From assembly GCF_009914755.1 (NCBI RefSeq), contig NC_060928.1: 64,000 nt of DNA, one strand, 5' to 3'. The notes beneath the pieces are model-generated. The model worked only from the letters and a program-made list of their open reading frames with translations. It did not search any database and was not told where the DNA came from. This DNA comes from the human T2T-CHM13v2.0 reference genome, Homo sapiens. Below, piece after piece: positions 1-13,750 of this stretch (positions are counted from its first letter, which is position 1; each line of letters opens with the position of its first letter). Position numbers and translations under genes: made by a program.

Positions 1-2067
1 ACCATATTAAACTTACAAGATTGAATAAATGATATTTTTAACTAATTTAAAATAAAATATTAACTCTGTCACAACATTCTTACTATATGTTAACTTTTAT
101 TGCTTCCATTGTATATTGGATTGATGGATACATTGAAGGACATGAAATTAACATGGTTTTTATCACAATATGATTACAATAGGATATGATCATTTTCTTA
201 AAAATTAGAAGCAATTTTAAACAGCCTAAAAACATTCAGGCTCTGTAAGAATCTGTATTTTCATTAAGTAGTTAAGTTGTGAAATGTGGAATTATTTAGG
301 TGAATTATTTTCAGGAGACCAAAAGAAGATTTTCACCAAAATTATAAAGATTGTTAATTTATATTGACCAGATTTTTCTTGACCAAGATTAAGCAAAAAT
401 CAATAATTTTCCAGGTTGACTTTAATTTTAATTTTATTCACAGTTTGAATATATAACTATATCTCTATAAAAATAAAACATTCTGAACACAAAATGCAAT
501 AGAATATAATGTTGACATATATTAATAAGTAATATAATGAATAATAGATATGAAAATATAACAAATTATTATTCAACACATTATTTAGAAACATATATTA
601 AGGATGCCTTATTTTTGGAATTGATGTTTTAAATGAAATGAAGGCATTTAAAGATTTAAAAACATTTTGTTGGAATGGGTATTTTGCATTTATTTACCTC
701 TGAGGTTAGATTTAAACCACTGTGTCACACCTTTTTTTAGCACCTGGAACTAGTTTCTTTATAAAATATAACTACCTATCATTTTAAAACATGCAAAAAT
801 AAATGATTTATTAAGCATGATGAAATTGTGTTCTGTATCTAGATCCATCATAAAATTATAGGTATGTCAATAAAAATTTGATGTGGTGAGTTGAAAGATT
901 TAAATGCCATGAGCTATTTTCTTGATATTAAGAAAGAATAACTATCCAGGTGTGGTGATATTTTCAGTTAATGTTTCTGTGGAGGTAATTAAAGGCCTAT
1001 CAAATTATGACAAAGATTTAATCATGTGTTAGGTCACAAAGAACTAATCTAAATCTGTCCTCAAGGAAGTTTGTTAAAGTCAGTTTGAATGTGAACTTGT
1101 GTTCTAAACTGAGGTTTGCCATTGGGGCCATATTAATCACCATTTTTTTCTTCAGTTCATGGAACTCTTTTCTACTTATGCTGGCAACCAATAGATGTGC
1201 ATCTTGTATGCTAATGAAATGTGCAAGTTAATTCATTTAGGCCAATGAATAAGCCACTTTTTTCATGTGACACAAGTTTATTTCTAGCCTATATGTGCTT
1301 TTTTTGTTCTCTTTGAATTGCATAGTGAACATACACAGTTCTGTTGTGGGTTGATACGTCCTATAGAAGTCTTTATAGAGGGAGAAAACATTACTGGAGA
1401 TTAAATAGGATTAGATTCATTTAAAATGCATTTTATATTCATACATGCATATAGATCACACTTTTAAATGTTGATTTTATGTTGGACAGCCAGAAAATAG
1501 CAGACAGGTCAATTGGATACTATTCTCTAAAAGCTGACTGAGGACAGGAATGATGTGTAACAGGACCTGCCACAAAGCAGGTAGAAGGTATTCAGGTAAT
1601 TTGTGCTGAATAAAGGAACTAGGGAAACTGAAATTTAATACAATTTTAAGGATGTCTATGTGAAGGCAAATATCCTGGTCACTAAGAGTAATGTTGCAAA
1701 GCTCCGTCAATGTATTAGAATTTTTATTACTTAGCATAAAAATATGTTTTTGGAAATAGCTGTGTATTTTACGGAATTTTCCTGTTTGGATTTAAATGTT
1801 TAACATCCTGTGGTTGTACGTATGTAACAGCATAATTAGGTATTTTGGTTTTACGTGACTTGAGGCTCTGGAAATTTTTTAGAAATGACACAAAAATCAA
1901 TAATCATTGCTGCTTGGGGGATTTAGTGATGACTAGGTATTTTAGTTACATCTTCCACCCAGCATTACTGGGAGCTGGAATAATTCCTTAAAGACAAAGT
2001 ATTATATGAAGGATGCTCCACTCGAATCTCAATTCTAGTCAGGGATCCATCAAAAGTATGTGAGTGA

Positions 2068-2350
2068 GGCCGGGCATGGTGGCTCATGCGTGTAATCTTG
2101 GCACTTTGGGAGGCAGAGACAGATGGATCACCTGAGGTCAGGAGTTTGAGACCAACCAGGCCAGCATGGTGAAACTCCGTCTCTACTAAAAATACAAAAT
2201 ATTAGCTAGGTGTGGTGGTGCATGCCTGTAATCCTAGCTACTCAGGAGGCTGAGGCAAGAGAATCGCTTGAACCTGGGGGGTGGAGGTTGCAGTGAGCTG
2301 AGATCACACCACTGCACCCCAGGCTGAGCGACAGAGCGAGACCCTGTCTC

Positions 2351-2365
<15 letters not shown>
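2068..2365 (+). mobile_element. Alu (AluS-type), full length, with A tail grading into (TA)n
   Basis: GGCCGGGCATGGTGGCTCA start, dimeric body with TACTAAAAATACAAAA linker, poly-A; TSD-like TATGTGAGTGA / TATATGAGTGA. Confidence 0.97.
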
Positions 2366-2381
<16 letters not shown>

Positions 2382-2483
2382 TGCACACATATATATATGA
2401 GTGACAGATGAGTGAGAGCACCCTTTTTAAAGTTGTTACTTGAAGGAAGTTGTTGATGAATTGTCAAATAATGTGATAGAGAT

Positions 2484-2620
2484 CAGTGTTTCCAAAAGTT
2501 TTATCACATTATTGTGAGTCCTGAGAGATGCTCTATAAAAAAATGTTTGTTTTCAATGAGTTTAGGAAATACTGTGTGCTATTCCACAAAAAGATTTAAA
2601 ATACACATTAGCATATTAAA
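2484..2620. mobile_element. Probable ancient hAT-Charlie MITE fragment
   Basis: CAGTGTTTCC (2484) and GGAAATACTG (ends 2574) form a 9/10 inverted pair of the CAGTG type seen in MER5-like elements; family not determined. Confidence 0.4.
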
Positions 2621-3017
2621 TAGTCATTGAAGTCATTCAATAAATTGTTGAAATGCACTACAGAAGTGCTGATGTAGGTAAATACACAAAGGATGAAATA
2701 TTTTTGTCAATATTAAGCTATTATATTAAATAAGAGATCATTAGTATTCTAATCTTTTTTAAGTAGATGCCTTATAAAGAGCTACTAATTTATAACATTT
2801 CAGATAGCAAAGTACCACCTTGAGGCTATATCGTAAATAAACCCTCCAATGGGGAGTAACATTTGACTTATCTGAATTACACCTGAACAGCTTGGAGACC
2901 CCCCAGAGATAAGCAACGCTAACAGCTTGCAGACCTCCTGCATAAAATAAAATAAAATATCCGGAGTGCTATAAAAAAGCAAAATGCTCTCAGTCTGTGA
3001 ACGTCTTCCTATTTTCT

Positions 3018-3150
3018 GTTTTATTTATACTGTTTATAAAAGTAAATTACTTGTTTGAAGTACTACTCTTGAAGCTGCCTGGATCTCTATGGGGAAGTAC
3101 TCCTGTGAATCCTCTTTTATTGGAAGTGGTTGATCTTTAGCTCCGGGGAT
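3018..3150 (+). repeat. Copy 1 of ~130-bp local duplication (partner 4279-4406)
   Basis: 40-bp identical core 3103-3142 = 4359-4398, plus identical 22-mer GTTTATAAAAGTAAATTACTTG. Confidence 0.95.
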
Positions 3151-4278
3151 GAAATCTGCAAGGTTGAAAAGCTTTGCTTTTTAAGAGAGTCAATCTGATT
3201 TGAGAATAGAGGGAGACCTTCTACGAAGAACCAAACCTGGTGGAAATTATCTCTTTTAAACTGACTTTGAATAGTGTACACAGGGCAGCTTTATTTCTGT
3301 AAATAGTTGGGTACGGCTGTTCTTTATGTTTCAGCTCCAAAGAAGAATTCCAAAGGTAACATGTAAAAGGAATTTGAAACTATTTTGCTATCAGAAAGAA
3401 AGTTTGCTTAGTTTCTTTTTTATTTTTATTTTTCTTATTTGCAGTTTTGGTTAAGAAACAAAAATGCTATTTATTTGGATAAGTTATTTTAACTCAGGGG
3501 AATAATTCATTCTAAATATACAAATGACATTCCTGAATCTATTTATTTTATATGACAAGAATACATACCATATTTTCTAATCATCATTTTAGTTTGATCA
3601 TCTGAAACAAAATTACATATGTGCTCCTAGCTAACAAAGCTGACTTTTATGCCTTTAATAACACTAAAACAGGGATTTCAATGCTTGTTAGAAAACATTT
3701 TTGAGAATCAGATAAAAGCTATGAATATTATTCCTAAGAGAATAAAATAGTTTTACAATCTAATATGAGTTTCCAAGACTTCAGATTAAGAAATGAGTAG
3801 GGGGTTAGGGGAGGAACTAGCTATTAGCTTTATTCACTCTATTCTCTTTTGTTGCTCTTTGTCTCTGATAGATAAGGGCTGAATGATTGATTGATAGACA
3901 GATAGATAGAAAATAGATAGATGATAGCCAACCAATGCACATTTACATACCATAAGCACTCACAAATTCTCTAATTAACAATCACAATTATAATTATGAA
4001 TACGTAACAGAATATGTCCCAGGAAACTTGAATTGTTCCAGGTTTAAATGACAAAATTCAACATCCCAAGCTAATCTTCAGTATGAGTGAAGTTTTTGAA
4101 ATTGATACTTTTGATGACAAAATTCTCTTTAGCATTCCTTATGCATACCCCGTTTGGTCACACACAGATTCAAGACAGAGTGTACCAGACTGGGGGAGAA
4201 AGATATCTTAAAAGATTTAATTAAAATGCACAAATTATCATATGTCATTTCTAGAAAAATATGTACTAATTAAATTTT

Positions 4279-4406
4279 TGTTTATTTATATGGTTTATAA
4301 AAGTAAATTACTTGCTCAAAGTAATTTGAAGCTGCCCAGTTCTCCATGAGAAAGCACTCTGTGAATCCTCTTTTATTGGAAGTGGTTGATCTTTAGCTGG
4401 AGGGAT
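4279..4406 (+). repeat. Copy 2 of ~130-bp local duplication
   Basis: Direct alignment by eye to 3018-3150. Confidence 0.95.
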
Positions 4407-5899
4407 ATCATTTAGAGATGGCCTTATAGAAAGAGACAAGGGCATGTCACGCTTTTTTCAATTGGGAAGCAGGAAGGAAGGCATAGTATTTTAGATTTTT
4501 ATCAGCCAAATATTCTGCCTATAGCTAAACATCACCCTTAAATGTCATCCATGAACATGACACATGCATGTGTTAGTTGTCTTATACTATTTCTGCTTTT
4601 GTGCTTATGCTGTTTGTTTTTCCTTATCTGTCTCCTCTTTTTCCAATCCTAATTTCTTCATAATTGAGTTTCAGTCTCTATCGATCTCAGTTTAATTTGG
4701 GACACTCTGTGAATCCTTTTTCTACCAATTCAAAGATGAAGTCATGGTGATTACCTTCTTTTCTGTATTTCTAGATAATTTTAAATCTTATTTTTTACAC
4801 TAAACATGTATATTAACATATTTTAGAACAATTTTCCTGAGAGTAAACCTTGTCTATTCAATGACACCATAATGTTTAATAAAGACTATGAGCAAAACTT
4901 GCTTTATAGCAATGCCTCTGGAAATAAGGGGTTCAAGTCTGATTCTGGAACTAAGTCCTTGCTGTCACCTATGAATAAACATGAAATCAAATTTCAATTC
5001 CATTATCTGTAGTGAGGATCCGTTTGGGAAAAATAATGAATGAGGTAACATTTCTCTAAGCAGTGCATTTCTATTCAAATTTTTATATTTAATATAAATT
5101 CAAATACCTAGCAGAGAATTTCTCAATACAATGTCTTGGTAGGAATTTAATCTATGTTATATGGGTATATCAAATTCTTTAGTGATTATTTTGTTTCTTT
5201 CTCTTTAATATTGTTAAAAGGTATATCAATATATATTAAGGTTTTTTTAAGAACATAGACATCTCTGAGATACATGAAATGTGAATTCAATATATTATAC
5301 AGTTAAAAAAGGGAATAATAAGACATAAGTGTATATATAAGTATCTTTATAAAAATGATCGTTCTTTAAAAAAATCTAACACAAGACTTTATTTGAAGAG
5401 AAAATAATAGATAATGAGGTGTTATGATGAAGGGGTTGAATTCAGCTTTTCAGTATCTATTTAAATAATTTTAATGAGACATTTGTCTCTAAATAATGAT
5501 TTATATAAACCTTCTGTAATAAGTTACTCATCTTGCCCCCTGTATACGATTGATATAAAGAAAGGCTAGTATTGTTTACTAACTAAATGTCTCAGGTATT
5601 TATAAAATATTTGAAATTTGCCATACCATCAAAAATAGATAAAAATATTTTCTTACAGAAAGGATAAATACATATTTCTTACAAAGGTGAGTAGCAGTGA
5701 AAGAGGTGTCCATTCTTTCACAGGTGTCAGAATGTCTAGCTATTAGTCTCCTACTAGATTTACATTTTAAGAAATTATCTCATTTCAATCTATCTCCACA
5801 GTACCAATGAGTTACAGTTATTTTCTAAAACGAATCTGATATGTATTCACCTGTGTATTATCCACAAATGTGTTGTGTGTGACAACCCCAGTTGTCACC

Positions 5900-6480
5900 A
5901 TCTTCCAGTCATAAGAATGGAGTCTTCATTACTGACCTGTGCCCTAGAAATCATTTCCTCTCACATTCTTCAAAGCTTCCCGCATTGAATCTGCCCTTTC
6001 TCTTATCTTTCCCACAGTCTAATCATTCTGTATTCCTTGATTCATTCCTTCCCATTTATAAGGACACTTGTTTCCCACTTGTTTCACCTATTTGAAAAAA
6101 GTCTACTCTTGATTCTTCCTTAATATGTAGCAACTGCCTTTTTCTTCTCTTCAAAACCAGACTGTAAAACAGCAGTAATTATACAATCTAGGATTGTTTT
6201 TTCCTTTAAGCTCCTGTTCATTTATTATGGCTTTGCAGTGTGGCTTCATCTAATCATTATCGTTTGCTTTAAAATATTGCCAATCACATCTTAATTGCTA
6301 CATTTAATATGTACTTCATAGTCTACATCTTAGATAATCTCTGTTAAACACTTGACCAAATTGGCCAGTCTCTCAATCTTAAAACTCTTTTGACTTGAGC
6401 AATGCTGCTCTTCCAATTCTCTTTTAAGTTTTAGCCACTTTGGAGTCTCTATTTAATATTACCGTTCCAAAATATTCTCA
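5900..6480 (+). mobile_element. Degraded L2 (LINE2) fragment(s)
   Basis: CT-rich L2 ORF2-like phrases (CCAATCACATCTTAATTGCTA, ACACTTGACCA...TCTTAAAACTCT). Confidence 0.5.
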
Positions 6481-7779
6481 TGTCAATGGAAACTATTATA
6501 TTATCTCTAAGTGGCTTTTTCCCTGTATAGCCACTGCATTCCTTTAAACATACCATTTATCACTCTAGTTCTATTATTTTCATAGTTATTTCTACACTAG
6601 ATTTACAAAAATGTATGTAATTATTTTAGTCACCTATGGAAACCTTTTCTAAAACTTATTAGGAATTAGTTTGTTTAATAATTGATTATAATGATAAATA
6701 TATCATTAGATTGATGTTATATTTTTTCTTTATTTTTCCTAATCCCAGAGATTGTAACAAATATTATTCTTCAAAATTATTTGAAAATATAATCTCTTCA
6801 TGAAAACCCTCTTCATTTAATGGGTTAAAAATCAGATTGTTTTTACTTTGATATATAATATGGATTAGTATTGTTTGCAAAAGCCTCACATGATAAGGTA
6901 ACAGAATGGTTGAGTACAGTGTACGTTACATCCAGTTAAAACACAAGAGCCCATTTGCTGGTGATGATTACAGAGAAGTTAATGATAATCATGGTAAATC
7001 ACTGATTAACACATATTCTTGCCCTTCTAAATTAGCATTAATTATCTATTCCAGATTAATAAATTTAAAATAAAGTAAAATCTAAACCATCCAGAATTTA
7101 ATAAGTGTCCTTTTGTAGTATTTATATATTCTTAATTATTTTCAGAGAATGTTATATCAGTCTTGATGATGTATATGAAAGAAGATAACTATTTCAAATT
7201 AAAATTCTTAATTAAATTAATTGAAAACTTTAACTTACTTTCGTCAGTGGAGGCAAGTATGAACTCTTTTTAGAGTGTAACATCATTGTCTTTTTCTGAA
7301 TCTGTGCCAGCGCATGCCCCCTATTACAGATCTTTATTATATCCCCTGAAATGTGTAATGACAAGGCAATTTATCTTTAATGATATACCAGGAAGTGTAT
7401 ACCAGAAAGTATTATGAAGAAAAGTACAATTTCAAAGAGGTACAACTACTTTCTAAATGACTAACAGTAGGGAGCTTCTAACTCTAAGGTAAATCAGAAA
7501 ATATGCAAATTGCCTCTTTAAATTTGCTTCTTGTAAAATGAATAGTGTCTGAACGACCTTGTACTTGGAAAAAAATTTTATGGGAATAAAGCGTTGAGTA
7601 TCAGAGCACCTCATTTCCAAACATTTCGGAGTACATCAGCATGTGTCGGCTTAAACATTGCCAATTAGTATTTAGTTGCTAATGATACATACAGTACATT
7701 AATAAAAAGTAGGCAAAATACTACATCAAACTAAATGCAGTTACAAGTTTTTCTGTCTGTAACTAAGAGTAAAAATGCT

Positions 7780-7990
7780 TAGGGCTGGAAATGACCTTTG
7801 GAGTCAAACAAACATGGGTTTCAGCCCTGGCTCTCCCATTCATTATGTATGTCATGGTGGGTTGAATATTTCAGCTCTTGAAGACTAAGTTTCCTTAAGT
7901 AGAAAATGTGCATACCACCTGCCTTTCAGAGTTGTGTGAGAATTAATTATTATATATGCAAAATGTGTGCATGTAGGTTCCCAATAACTT
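7780..7990 (+). mobile_element. MIR SINE
   Basis: CTTTGGAGTCAAACA...GGGTTTCAGCCCTGGCTCT and core-like AGTTTCCTTAAGTAGAAAATG...GTTGTGTGAGAATTAA. Confidence 0.75.
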
Positions 7991-8889
7991 GGAGCTCATG
8001 TGCATATTATTATTTAGTTAATAGAAATTCCATTAAGTATTTGTGAATGAAAGTACTTAAAAAAAACAGTATGAGAATAGCATAAAATTGACCAAAAGTC
8101 AGGATCATTATTTGAATGCACACAGGTATGCATGAGTTGAGCAATATGTGGTTGAAATAAACTCTTGCCTTGTGATATTTTGTGCCAGGAAAACTGCAAT
8201 CATAGTGTCAGGGTACATTTTTGAAAGGGATTACAGATTTCAAGGAGACTTGGTGCTTAAATTAAGAAAAAATAAAATTCCTGTTTAATTCATGCAATTT
8301 AGAATGAAATAAGGAAGATGTATCAGGGAAGGGCATTTCACAAAGGGAATTTAGATAGTTTACAATATTCACACAAGATGGATTAAAGTATAAATACAGA
8401 CCTTGTTACATGTTTAGGGAAATCTAGTTTATTTCATGGAGTAGCATAGTGGGGAATCTAATACAACGATAAACTCAGGTTGACAAAGCATGCTTGTCAA
8501 ATATATAATCAGATAATTCAAGGACAGGCATAGTATGGAAACTATAAAATGAAGTGGGTGGAGTGAGTCCTCACATAAAAGGACTGGAGAGCAAGAAGCA
8601 GCTGTTAAATAATCTAACGATCAAAATAGTTATTTAGAGAAATATTTTTCTGTTCTTATAATCATATAAAGAATAATTCAATACTACTTGTTTTGCGAAA
8701 CAGAAATTACATTTTATGAATTAGGCATAACTTCATTATTATTATGAGAGTTTAAATTCACAGGGGCTGAATAACTCATTGAATAGGGAAAAACGTAATT
8801 ATATCTAACATTCTGCTATTATCAATAGTGCTTGCAGATTAGTGTTGTAATTCCAAGTGAGTCCGTAAATTTGTCTTAAAAGAAAATCA

Positions 8890-9199
8890 GGTCGGGCACG
8901 GTAGTTCACTCCTGTAATTCCAGCACTTTGGGAGGCCGAGGTGGGTGGATCACTTGAGGTAAGGAGTTCGAGACCAACCTGAACAAAATGATGAAACCCC
9001 GTCTCTACTAAAAAAAGAAAAATATTAGCCCCAGGGAGGGAGGAGGGCGGACTCTTGTAATCCCAGCTACTCAGGAGTCTGAGGCAGGAAAATTGCTTGA
9101 ACTGGGAAGTGGAGGTTGCAGTGAGCCCAGATCGCGCCACTGCACTCCAGCTGGACGACAGAGCAAGACTCCAGCTCAAAAAAAAAAAGAAAAAAAAAG

Positions 9200-9266
<67 letters not shown>

Positions 9267-9277
9267 AAGAAGGAAAG
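8890..9277 (+). mobile_element. Alu (AluS-type) with expanded (GAAA)n tail
   Basis: GGTCGGGCACGGTAG start, dimer, A tail then GAAA array. Confidence 0.97.
9199..9258 (+). repeat. (GAAA)n tetranucleotide microsatellite
   Basis: About 14 consecutive GAAA units in the Alu tail. Confidence 0.95.
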
Positions 9278-10329
9278 ATCGCAAGAGATAAAAAATATTG
9301 TGGCTCTAAAAACTGATAAATAAATGTTGTGCATAGCATCAACAAGTAAATTATGGTACAACAATGCAACTTAGAATGCATCAGTTCAGTGCAACCTAGA
9401 ATAAATTAACCAACAAATGGGAGAAATTTAATATGTAAATTAAAACATTTTGAAATAATCTTTGCCTTTACTCATTTATTATACAGACATGAATAAATGT
9501 ATCTGTGGTTAGTTAGACTGTTATGAACTGCCATAGATAAAAAATAATCTAACCCCTCTTCAAAGGGGTTACAATTTGATTGCCATATCTTTGTTTTTTC
9601 TATGTTGACGTGGAGTGCAGTCACCATGGAATGCAATTGAGAAAAATAGATATAAAATATTTCATATATGAGAAATTAGGACATTGAACTCAATTGGCCT
9701 GTAAGATTTTGGATTTAGATTTTAAAATTATATAATTAATTGGTGTAAATACATTTGGACAATATTATGTCCAGATGGATTGTGACATTAATCTGGATTT
9801 AGGGTAGATATTGCTACTGTTGAATGAATGTACTATATCTGGAATTTATGAAGTTTTGCATCACATGTTGAAGAAGTAGAATATGTACTTTGAAATATTC
9901 TATTTGAATATCTGTATTCTTTTTTTCTTAGCTACATAGTTGACATTGCAGTCACATTAACAAAATATTTGTGAAACAATTATATTCTCTACTGTTTCTG
10001 GTATATATAATAGTCATTTGGGATAGTTTTATGTTTGTTAAAGTAATCATTATTTGTCATTATTATTGAAAACAATAATGGCAATAGTATGTTGTGATGT
10101 ATGTGGTATGTCTTATAAAAGAGAGGTGAGACTGAAAGCTAAGAAGACAGTGGTAAAGAGATAGATCTTAAATAAATAGGTGATAAAAATTATACAAAAT
10201 AGGTAGAAGGGCAATCTTAAGCTTAAGAAAACTGGTAATGTAAACTAGAAAATAGAAAACTTTATTAGAATGCTCTAAATATTCAGAGAAATTATGGCAA
10301 ATATGTTCAGGATTATATAACATCTACAA

Positions 10330-10678
10330 TATGTGACTTGTCAGTCTTAAAGAGATAAACTTGGTTGAAAATTTTGTTCTCCTCTAAACAGTGATGCAAA
10401 GACAAGAGATGATTTCATCTTGAGTGTCTATAATCCTGTAGAGCTTTGCTACTATCAGTATGAAGTCCGTGGAAAGGAACAGAATGTGTGAAGCTGTTAT
10501 ACCTGCCCCTTAAAAGCCTTGGCCTGGAAAACGCACACCACTCTCCTCACATTCCTTTGGTAGAATTCAGTATTCGTTTACACCTAACTGTAAGACAGAC
10601 TGGGAAATGCAAACTAATGCTCATGAAAGATTCATTACTGCATGAATTGCTGGTGAAAATCTAGCAGTCTCAGCCACA
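10330..10678 (-). mobile_element. Old MaLR LTR (MLT1J/K/L-like)
   Basis: CTCACATTCCTTTGGTAGAATTCAGT...CCTAACTGTAAG...CTGGGAAATG...AGTCTCAGCCACA terminus. Confidence 0.6.
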
Positions 10679-11719
10679 ATGACATACAAAGACACGTACT
10701 CTGGAGATTTTACAAGGGTAAAGCTGCATCAGTGAAGAACAGATGCACCTCTATAAATACAAATGAGGAGCACCGTTCTAATGTGAATTAGCCAATGTAA
10801 GAAAGAACAAAGGATGGAAACCAGATCGAATTTGGCATCTGCTGATCTAAATTCAAATACTGACTGCTTAAATTATTACTTCCTTTTCTAGGTCTCAGTA
10901 TCTGTATATAACATAACATTTTTTAGTACTTTGGAAGTGTTATCCAAATCAAAACATTCATAAATGCAAGTATTTGTTTTTCTATAAACCAAAAACCTGA
11001 TATATAAAAGAAAATCTTAATGAAACTGAGGTTAGTGAAAAAACTTGATCATCAATAATGTAAGAGCTGGAAGAATTCTTTCTGGCTGAAAGTATTGCAT
11101 CATATGGACAAAAGTAAATCAGAATACATTTTGCCATATGGGAACATTTTCTCTGAATGCCAACTGTTTAACTGGTAGTACCTGGAATGGTATAAGCTGA
11201 AGACCTTCCCTTTGACTACTGTTTCCTGTCCTCATAATTAGTGTCTGTACTTCATTCCTCATTAGAGAAACCCAGGGCCTTCTGGGAAGTAGGAAGTTCT
11301 GAATTTTGGGGCAGAGAAGAGGATGTGCCTAGGACATCCTGCTGTTTCTAAAGGACGATGTTGCTCTAAACAACCTTTAAAAAAATAAAAAAGAAAAGGA
11401 AAGAAATAATAAGGTTCAATTGGCAAAAGAGATCTGAAATGTAATGCAATTAGCCAGTTCTGAAGGAAAAAATGACTTTCAATGATACATAGATGAAGTA
11501 TAAGATCCATTCCGATCAAACTGAGATCCAGCTAAGTTAGAATTTGTTTCTATTTTATGTGAGACAAAATGTATCAAAATATTGAAGTTGAAAGTGAATG
11601 TGTGAGTGTATGTCTATATGTTTAGCAATAAGTAAAGATTGCTGAAATGATATTAAATTTTGTAAAATGTAGGCTAAAAATATGTGTGTGATCTTGGAAA
11701 GTGGGGTATTGGGGGACAG

Positions 11720-12001
11720 GGACTTTATGCAGCCATTCAGGACATAGGTTGATTGATCATCTTCAGTATATTGCTTCCAAGATTGTCCTGGAATTTATTT
11801 CCATCTCAGTCACTGAGAAAAGCTAACAAGGGATTGGGGGAGCACACATGGGAAACTTTTAGGATCCATTTCAATCAGTGGCAGACGTGACTTTTACCCC
11901 GATCCCGTTGACTATAACACACAAGAAAGGCTGGGAAATATAGACATACTCTGTGCCCAGGAAGAGAAGGATCTCATAATTAGCTAATAATTTCTATGAC
12001 A
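11720..12001 (-). mobile_element. Old MaLR LTR fragment (MLT1K/L-like)
   Basis: CAGCCATTCAGGAC, GCTTCCAAGATTGTCCTGG, GGCTGGGAAATATAG...TGTGCCCAGGAAGAG. Confidence 0.55.
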
Positions 12002-13750
12002 TAATGATTTGTGTATTTTTAATAATAATTATAATACATCTTTGGTTAGTACTAGATAACAAATTGAACTTACGTTCATTGCTAATTGTTCATATTATAA
12101 AATGTGTTGAATAATTAATATTTTGGGGTTTGGGACTATTAGAAAGTAATGCTTGTGGTTATAACTCCACAGGAGTAGTAAACCCAAGCTGTTAGGAGCA
12201 TGACATATGAGATGGAGTTTTTCAGAATAAATAATAAAATGAAGGCTTTAAATAAATTAAGATGTAAGTTTCAGAATATATTGACCTAAGATGAGACAAT
12301 TTCTTTAAGCAAGATGTCTATGTGTTGTTGATGCAACAGAATCAATTAATTGTAACTGGAGAATTTCTGGTATGGTCATCTATCAGAGAGGGAATAATGA
12401 CTTTTTTTTTGGAAAGAATTTCATCAGGCAGTAGATGTTTGCCAGAATGAAGGAATATTGATAGTTCCATAATACATGAAGTAATAGTGTTGCAAGATCC
12501 ATCTTTGTGAAAACTCTGAAAATGTCAGTGAGCATTCATCCTTGTGTTTTTCTTTTATTATTTTGCCGTGTAACATGAAGTTTAGGAAGGAGAAAGAATT
12601 TGAATAAATACTTGGAATATCTACACTTGAACCACATCTATTATAAGTTGTTTTAACAGAGTTTTTGGGTATACAGAATGTCTGTGAATGACAGTTAAAC
12701 ATACACAGCTGATCAATTATGAAAATATATTCCACAGTATTCTATTCATTCTTCTTCTTAACATTTTCTACACCTTCTTCAGGCTGCCAGCATAATCCCT
12801 AGGTCCCCTTCAACTAACTCTTGTCATAACTTGTTTTTACCTCAACACATTTATGTTGATTACTGATCTGTCTTGTATCCCTAATTAGATCGTAATCTCC
12901 TTTAGGGAAGGGAACACATTTCCATGTTAATGGATGGTCCAACTATTCAGTAACATGCTATGAATTCTCAGTGATTCCTTTTTATTCTGACTTATTTTTG
13001 ATATTTTACACTGTCATATTATTGACTCAGATCTTTGTGTGGTATCTCTAATGTTGTCTCATCTTATTTTATCTGAAGAGATGGAAAAATATCAAGCTTT
13101 TGTCCTACTAGTATTTAGATGTATTCCTAATGAGACAAAAAAAAAAAAAAGAAAAGAAAAAGAAAGCTTGTAAAAGAAAGAAATGTGCAAATAAAGCATG
13201 ACAGGCCTTACAGGTAACATCACTTTGTCCTTGATACCTCCATGGATTATGCATATTGTTTCTTGAAGTCTTAATGCCATGTCATCTCTGACAAACCATT
13301 ATCATTTTATGTATTTTAATCTTTAGATTTAACATAGTTTGATAATATACACAACACACTCTCATTTTAGTCAAGGGATATTCGAATTAATTGAAATCCA
13401 AAAACAAAACAAAAAAAGGAATTATAGTTAAATACAATAATGCCTCTTATAATTTCCAAAATATTGGCTTTTCTGCAAAATGACATGTGAATTCTCCAAA
13501 TTCTCAATTTTTTCAGGAAAATGACAGAAAAAAGTTAGGATTTGTAATATACATATGTGTTACAAGTCTATATCTGTTTTTGTATGTACATTGCTATCTG
13601 TAACTTACATATTATTAAGCTTGGTTATTGAGTTTAAAATTATTAATTATTGCAATAATTCTCAGGCTTTCTTAGAGAATTTTAAATTATCAATTATTCT
13701 CAAAAAACTCTTCTGGAATATCTCACCAAGTTTTTTTTAGCCAATCCAGA

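Noticed and set aside
1477-1600. Possible exon (ACAG ... CAGGTAAT)
   Set aside because: Weak polypyrimidine tract and no protein similarity; cannot be supported without transcript data.
8480-8500. Quasi-palindrome TTGACAAAGCATGCTTGTCAA (similar case at 11320-11340)
   Set aside because: 10-bp arms with a bulge are plausible by chance in 64 kb; no contextual support.
8805-9381. Overlapping 60-159 aa ORFs rich in F/L/S or K/E/R
   Set aside because: Translations of an Alu and its (GAAA)n tail.
7384-9402. 13-14 bp imperfect direct repeats (7384-7411; 9365-9402)
   Set aside because: Too short; ordinary slippage or chance.
12424-12735. 103-aa ORF in apparently unique DNA
   Set aside because: Non-ATG start, no recognisable domain or codon bias, no convincing splice context.
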